From NCBI GenBank assembly GCA_964019335.1, contig OZ025755.1:218263-282262 (forward strand): a DNA stretch of 64,000 bases, read 5' to 3'. Both the position numbers and the translations under genes were made by a program. The stretch is from Diplonema japonicum. Lineage: Eukaryota; Protista; Euglenozoa: Diplonemea. Within the stretch, counting starts at the first letter, position 1. Each line of letters starts with the position of its first letter. The notes under the pieces are model-generated. The model had not been told where the DNA came from and ran no database searches. It saw only the letters and a program-made list of their open reading frames with translations. Below are positions 57,847 to 64,000 of the stretch, in pieces.

Positions 57847-59473
57847 CTTTTCTTCTTCTTCTTCTTCCCCGCCTTTTTTAATGTATATTTTCGATCCTTG
57901 AGGACGTTGCAGAGCTGTGTAATATAAGGGTACCTTGTGGTCATCGAGAGAGTGGGGGGGGGGGGGGGGGGGGGGTAGGGCATATGGCTTAAAAAGGGCC
58001 AGTTTTGCCATTTTTTTAGTTTTTTCGCAAAGGGCATTTTGGGTCCTTAAAAAAACTCTAACCACCCAAAAGTGCTCACAAATCCCAAACCCCTGTTTCC
58101 CCATAGTTTTCGTCCCCAGAAGTTATGTTCTAATTTTTGGGGCCCCTGGTACAAATCCAGTGTAATCCTTTGGAATCCCTTTTTGGCGAAAAAAAGGAAA
58201 AAGGAAAAAGAATATATATGAGTTAAAGGAGGCCGGTGTTGGCGGCGCCCTGCAAAAGAAAAGAGAAGACAAGAGAAAGAGAACAAGTGTAAGATTTTAA
58301 AATATCGATAAGATAAGTGCCATGAAAAGAAGAAAGAGAAGGGGGGAAAAAGAGAAAAAAGGTTTGTGTAGCCTTATCTAAACCCGTTTACCCAACAACC
58401 CAACACATCTACCCCTGGAAAAAGAAAAAGAGAAAGAAAAGAGAGCAAGCATGAAATAAGAAGGGCACTATGAAGAGAAGAAAAAAAAAGATTAAGAAAA
58501 CTAATATAAAGAAAAGAAACAGCGAGCAGCAACCTTATTTAACAATACAGAAGTTTTCCCACGTTTTACCAGCACCCCACAAAGAAAAAAAAAGAAAGAA
58601 GACCAAGGCAAAACTTGTAGATAAAGACCCCACAGTAAGCTCCCATGGGACAAGACAGAACAAAAATGAAACAAATGAAACACGGAACAAATTCCCCATG
58701 GGTTGGACGGAACACGGAACAAGGGGACAAGGAGGGGAACGGGATGGAGCAAGAGGGGTCAACAGGGGACAAGGTTGCTACTATAGTACAAAGGACAAAA
58801 TGCTGGCTGGGGCTTGTATTTTTTGGGTATTTTCGTCAAAAGTTCAAATAAAGGGGTCCTAGATTCCTAAGGCATTGTGGAAAGTAATAAAAACACACTT
58901 TGACATCATTTCTGGGGGCCAGAGGGGGGTTTTCAGATGTGTCCACTCTTGACAGTGTTGGTCCAGACCCTTGAGGGACTCAGGGGACTCCAAGGGACAG
59001 GACAGGAGTCCCCTGAAATTTTCAGGGGTCTGGAGGGGACTCAAGGGACTCAGGGGTCTGGAGAGGACTCAGGGACTCTTGGGACCAAAAAATTTCTTTG
59101 TGTTTTTTGTGTCACAAAGGCCCAAATTTAGGCTGGGGCTTGCATTTTTTTGGCACTTTTGGTTTCAAAGGTTCAAAAAAAGAGGTCCTAGGTTTGGGTG
59201 GGATGTGAGGCAAGGCTCATACTACCTTGTTGTGACTATGTATGTGGGTTCAATGCAAAAAGAAAAAAAAAAAGTAAAAAAAGGGATGGGCAGTGTTGGC
59301 CAGACTGGTGGTCTGAGGAGTCTGGCCCACAAGCCACCCCAACACCGCAAATTTTCGACACACATGATGTATGCAACACAGGGTGCACAACACAGCACAT
59401 GTTTTATAACATGTACCACTATGCTGCACAGGGAAAAGCAGGTGTCACAATGCACCTCCTGGTGCACAATATA

Positions 59474-59509
<36 letters not shown>

Positions 59510-59590
59510 AATAAAATTTCAGTGTGCATGGGGGTGCTGACTGTTGGTAAAATAAAAAAAAAAAAAAAAAAAAACTTTTATCTTCTTTTT

Positions 59591-60118
59591 CAGGTGGTGG
59601 GGATAACATGAAAATATAAGAAAAACATCAGATGTGTTGTTCACTGTTGACCTCCTCATCTGTCATCACTGAGCAAACCATACAAGTGCAGAATCTTAGT
59701 TACCTGGGGTGCCCTGGCTGGGGTTGAGCTGAACACCACACACATTAAGGACACGACACAGAACGCAGAAGAAGCTACAACCCGGCCATCCAGCCATCAT
59801 GATTAAGGAAATGACACAGAACACAAAAAGCTACAACTTGGCTGCAGTGATTAAGGACACAATGCAGAACACAGAAGAAGCTACAACCCAGCTGTGGTGG
59901 TTAAGGAAATGACACGGAATGCAAGAAGTTACAACCTGGCTGCAGTGATTAAGAGCATGATGTGGAATGCAGAAGAAGCTACATCCTGGCCGTGGTGATT
60001 AAGGAAACGACGCAGAATGCAGAAGAAGCTACAACTCGGCTGTGGTGCACCCCCTGTAATCAAGTAGACAGTTCTTGTGCAGGGTGCTGCCAACACCAGC
60101 CTCCTTTAACTCATATAT
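59591..60118 (+). mobile_element. Repeat family B element (SINE/short-retroposon-like) with an internal ~50-bp unit amplified 6 times
   Basis: Head CAGGTGGTGGGGATAACATG; unit ATTAAGGA.A.GA..CAGAA.GCAGAAGAAGCTACAAC..GGC.G..GTG x6 (59744-60047); tail GCAGGG..C..CCAACACC.GCCTCCTTTAACTCATATAT. Confidence 0.7.
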
Positions 60119-61286
60119 TTATCTCCTTTCTATTATTTTCAGGTGGGGGGGGGATAACATGAAAATATGTGCAACAAACAGGCAGTGCTGGGGTTGAGCT
60201 GTACATTGCACATTAGGGGCATGGTGCTGAAAGCAAGGAACCGATCTGTTTACACAGGTTGTATAAACATACACATCCTCCTCTTGTACATATTATTTAT
60301 TATTTCCCCCCTTTTCTATTACATCCAAATACAACATTTGATGTGGAAAGCAGAAACAACAGCTTGGCTTAGGTGTGCGAAAAAATGTGAGAAGACAAGA
60401 AAAAGAAGGAAAAAAAAAAAGGTAAACACATTATGTAAGTCAAAAAAAAATCAAGGATTTTTTTCTCTTTTTTTTTCCCCATTTTTTTTTTTTCCAAAGG
60501 GAAAAAAAAAAAGAAAAAGTTGCAAAACTATCAAAAATAATGAGTGTTGGGGAGAGTCCCATGAGTCCCATGAGTCCATCCTGTGGAGTCCCATGAGTCC
60601 TGTCCAGGCCTGTATTCCGTTTTAGGGGACAGGATGGGACTGACCAACACTGCTCTTGACCCCTGTTGTCCTCTTGACCCATGTTGTCCCCTCTTGACCC
60701 ATTCCCCTCTTGCCACCAGACTGGTAGGGGTCTGAGGGGTCTGGACTGGACCAGTCCAGAACCCGGTAAAAAAAACAACTGGTCTGAGGGGTCTGAGGGG
60801 TCCAGCCAGTCTGGCCCACAAACCACCCAACACTGTGAATTTTCGACCACACCACGTGGTGTGTTGTGACATATTTTACACCATATTTTGCATATTTGAC
60901 GTTCCACATGATGTATGCAACACAGGGTGCACAACACAGCACGTGTTTTATAACATGTATCACTATGCTGCACAGGGAAAAGCAGGCGTCACAATGTGCA
61001 CCTCCTGGTGCACAATATACAAAAAAAAAAAGAAAAAAAAAAAAACTCGATAAAATTTCAGTGTGCATGGGGGTGCTCACTGTTCAGGTAGAAATTCACA
61101 CTAATCAGTCACCGTTCTGCAGTTGCTGTCTGGTGCCTGTGGTGGCTGTTTGTCACAATGAGATGGACAGCATCTGGGCGAGAAACATTGCTTGGAGTCA
61201 TGCTCAGTAGGGGGGGGGTTTGGCTTGAGGAGAAGAGTGGTCTCCTGTCGTAGCCGTGTGCTGTCAGGCCCCCTGAAAAAAAAAAA

Positions 61287-61905
61287 GGGGTGTCTTTGAA
61301 AGGAACCTGCAGTATGTGACAGGATTGCCTAACAACAATCAACATCTAGTGTTTGATCCCTTCTGTCATGGTAGTGCCTTAGGCCTGTCATAGTATCTCA
61401 TCAGCAGCTTAGGCGTGAAACCGACTAGTGAGTTGTTGAGGATGCAATGAGTTCACATTTGTTCCTCTAGGATCGAGTGGGTGACCTTTGGGGATGTGAA
61501 GATTGGATGAGTGGAGTAACCAGTGATGGCATGGCTGTGGAGCCCTAGGGTGCATAGTGAGTGTACTGACTTCATAGTTTTTGCCGGAATCAGATGATTC
61601 CCCGTCCCTTTTAGATGGATCCTTTCTAAGACGCTGAGAATCCTGCCGAGCTTTCTCGCCCAGCATGCTATGTCTTCACCACCCATGTGGAGCCTTTCCG
61701 TTGCAATGAGGTCGACCGCCAGTTCCGCCTTAGAAACTTGCCCGCCGTCCTCGCCCCATTTTAGGGCCTTTAACCAAATAGTTTCTGCTGGAATCAGATG
61801 ATTCCCCATCCTTTTTAGATGGATCCTTTCTAAGACACTGAGAATCCTGCTAAGCTTTCTCACCCAGCATGAGGTTGACTGCTAGTTCCACCAGTTGAGG
61901 ACAAA
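61287..61905 (-). mobile_element. Repeat family A copy, CpG-decayed, with an internal partial duplication (61778-61905)
   Basis: Aligns to 27644-28126; most substitutions are CG>TG/CA. Confidence 0.85.
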
Positions 61906-62112
61906 CAGTGTTGGTCCTGAGTCCCCTCCAGACCCCTGAAAATTTCAGGGGACTCCAAGGGACAGGACAGGAGTCCCCTGAAATTTTCAGGTGTCTGGAG
62001 GGGACTCAGGGGACTTGGGACCAAAAAATTTCATTGTGTTTTTTGTGTCACAAAGGCCCAAATTTAGGCTGGGGTTTGCATTTTTTTGGTACTTTTGTGT
62101 TATCTTCTTTTT

Positions 62113-62900
62113 CAGGTGGTGGGGATAACATTAAAATATAAGAAAAACATCAGGTGTTGTTTGCTGTTGACCTCCTCATTGGTCATCACCAAGCAAACCA
62201 CACGAGTGCAGAATCTTGGTTACCCAGGGTGCCCCAGCTAGGGTTGAGCTGAACACCACACACATTAAGGACATGACACGGAGCACAGAAGAAGCTACAA
62301 CTTGGCTGCAGTGATTAAGGACACGATGCAGAATGCAGAAGAAGCTACAACCCGGCTGTGGTGCACCCCCTGTAATCAAGTAGACAGTTCTTGTGCAGGG
62401 CACTGCCAACACCAGCCTCCTTTAACTCTTGTATATTATTCCAAAGGTGGTGGGGATAGCATGAAAAAACATCAGATGTGTTGTTCACTGTTGACCTCCT
62501 CATCGGTCATCACTGGTAGCTCCCGAGTGGAAGAACATAATGCAGATACTTAGGGTGACAAACAGGCAGCAAACTACACCACACACATTAAAGACATGAC
62601 ACAGAATGCAGAAGAAGCTACAACTCGGTTGCGGTGTGCCCCTGTAATCAAGCAGACAGTTCTTGTGCAGGGCACCACCAACACCAGCCTCTTTTAACTC
62701 ATATATATATCATTCAGGTGGTGGGGATAACATCACAATTCCCTGTTCCACCAAGTTCCGGTTCTGCCATTCTGCCAAGTTCCGACTTTCAGTTTGGCAG
62801 AAGGGAATGGAACGACCCAATCCTGCACAAGCAGAATCTTGGTTACCCAGGACGCCCCAGCTGGGGTTGAGCTGAACACCACACACATTAAGGACATACC
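62113..62900 (+). mobile_element. Three head-to-tail family B units
   Basis: Heads at ~62113, ~62445, ~62715; tails at ~62395-62437 and ~62665-62710; an inverted copy starts at ~63916. Confidence 0.75.
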
Positions 62901-63499
62901 TGCAGCTGCAGTGCACCAGAGTAGATAGGTGCAAATGGCTTGATGGAGCTGTGCATGTCTGTGGTATGAAGAAGAAAAAGAAAAAAAAAAAAGAAAAAAA
63001 AAAAAAATCATTGTCCAAAAATATTTGAAAAAAAAGTGTTTGCAGGTGTGTCAAAAATTGCAGAAAACTTTTGAGTCCAGTCAGTCTGGTCAGTCTGGCC
63101 GATCCGGTCAGTCTGGTCAGTCTGGTAAAATGGGTACACCGGACCAGACTGGATTCACCCATCACTGCTGAAAGCAAGGAACCGATCTGTTTACACAGGT
63201 TGTATAAACATACACACCCTCCTCTTGTACATATTATTTATTATTTCCCCCCTTTTCTATTACATCCAAATACAACATTTGATGTGGAAACAACAGCTTG
63301 GCTTAGGTGTGTGAAAAAATGTGAGAAGACAAGAAAAAAAGAAGGAAAAAAAAAAAGGTAAACACATCATGTATGTCAAAAAAATCAAGGATTTTTTTCT
63401 CTTTTCCCCATTTTTTTTTTTTTTTTTTTCCAAAGGGAAAAAAAGAAAAAAAAAGTTGCAAAACTATCAAAAATAACAGTGATGGGTGAATCCTAATTA

Positions 63500-63655
63500 G
63501 GACTAGACCGGACTGGACCAGACCGGACCAGACTGGATCCGGTGTGAATTTCAACCCAATTATGCTGGACTGACTGGACTGACCAGACTGACCAGACTGG
63601 ACTGGACCAGACCAGACCAGACTGGACTGGACTGGACTGGACTGAACCGGACCGT
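63500..63655. repeat. Pentamer satellite (GACCG/GACTG/GACCA)n; inverse-oriented counterpart at ~63075-63152
   Basis: Tandem GGACT/GACCA/GACCG units adjoining the 17-bp inverted pair GGATTCACCCATCACTG (63151-63167) / CAGTGATGGGTGAATCC (63477-63493). Confidence 0.85.
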
Positions 63656-64000
63656 ACAAGATACAACCACAACACCACATCCCCCCCTTTTTTTTGCTGC
63701 AGAGTTCAAACATATAAACAGATGTCTACAAGAAAAGATGTTACACAGGTACTGAGAGATGACAACAACAACAAAAACAACGAGAAACAAAGAAAAAAAA
63801 AAAAAAAAAAAAAAAAGAAAAGAGACATTTAAGGGTACCTGCGGTATGTGGCAGGACGCCTGAAGAGTCTCAATCTATCTCTTGATCAAACCTTTCTGCT
63901 GTGGTGTGGCCTTCCATGTTGTGTCCTTAATGTGTGTGGTGTTCAGCTCAACCCTAGCCAGGGTGCCCCAGGAAACCAAGATTCTGCACTCATGCGGTTT

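Larger units (their letters stand above)
58210..64000. repeat. Gene-free, CpG-depleted mosaic of nested or duplicated transposon-derived modules
   Basis: Duplicated blocks 58952-59157/61906-62096, 59360-59538/60906-61078, 60227-60539/63168-63476; family A and B copies; pentamer satellites; no credible ORF. Confidence 0.9.

Noticed and set aside
59760-59790. AAGCTACA resemblance to a euglenozoan spliced-leader sequence
   Set aside because: Only a short match; the rest of an SL exon and a following GT donor are absent.
59744-60047. Six ~50-bp repeats resembling a CRISPR array
   Set aside because: Units are degenerate along their whole length, there are no unique spacers or cas genes, and the context is eukaryotic; it is a minisatellite within a repeat element.

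Overview
Eukaryotic (protist) genomic DNA. About 17 host protein genes all lie on the minus strand, separated by spacers full of very long A, T, G and C homopolymers. The unidirectional array together with short GT-AG cis-introns suggests a euglenozoan, most plausibly a diplonemid (inference). Genes: PTB/hnRNP-L-like RRM protein, CS(NudC/p23)-cyclophilin fusion, PLP-dependent D-cysteine desulfhydrase/ACC deaminase-like enzyme, mitochondrial Zn-finger subunit (COX5B/NDUFS6-like), FAD/NAD oxidoreductase, ABCB6/HMT1-like half transporter, IQ protein, PP2C, FYVE protein, NIPA Mg transporter, two tandem ~2600-aa four-domain voltage-gated channels with C-terminal MORN repeats, GT8 glycosyltransferase, two 60S P2 genes, an SH3-like ORF and a dual-specificity phosphatase. 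Mobile DNA: a decayed piggyBac with intact TTAA/TIRs, TA-flanked TIR elements, two families of retroposon-like fragments, and a CpG-depleted repeat mosaic at 58.2-64 kb. Most notable observations: (1) the tiny, often A-rich introns sit almost only within ~135 nt of the stop codon, even in 7.7-kb CDSs; (2) the channel-MORN fusions have a DEEE filter and share patchy 100%-identical blocks; (3) repeat copies show a clear CG-to-TG/CA decay signature. All calls come from reading the sequence by eye; no database searches were run. Most of the supplied ORFs are homopolymer (K/F/G/P) or antisense artefacts.
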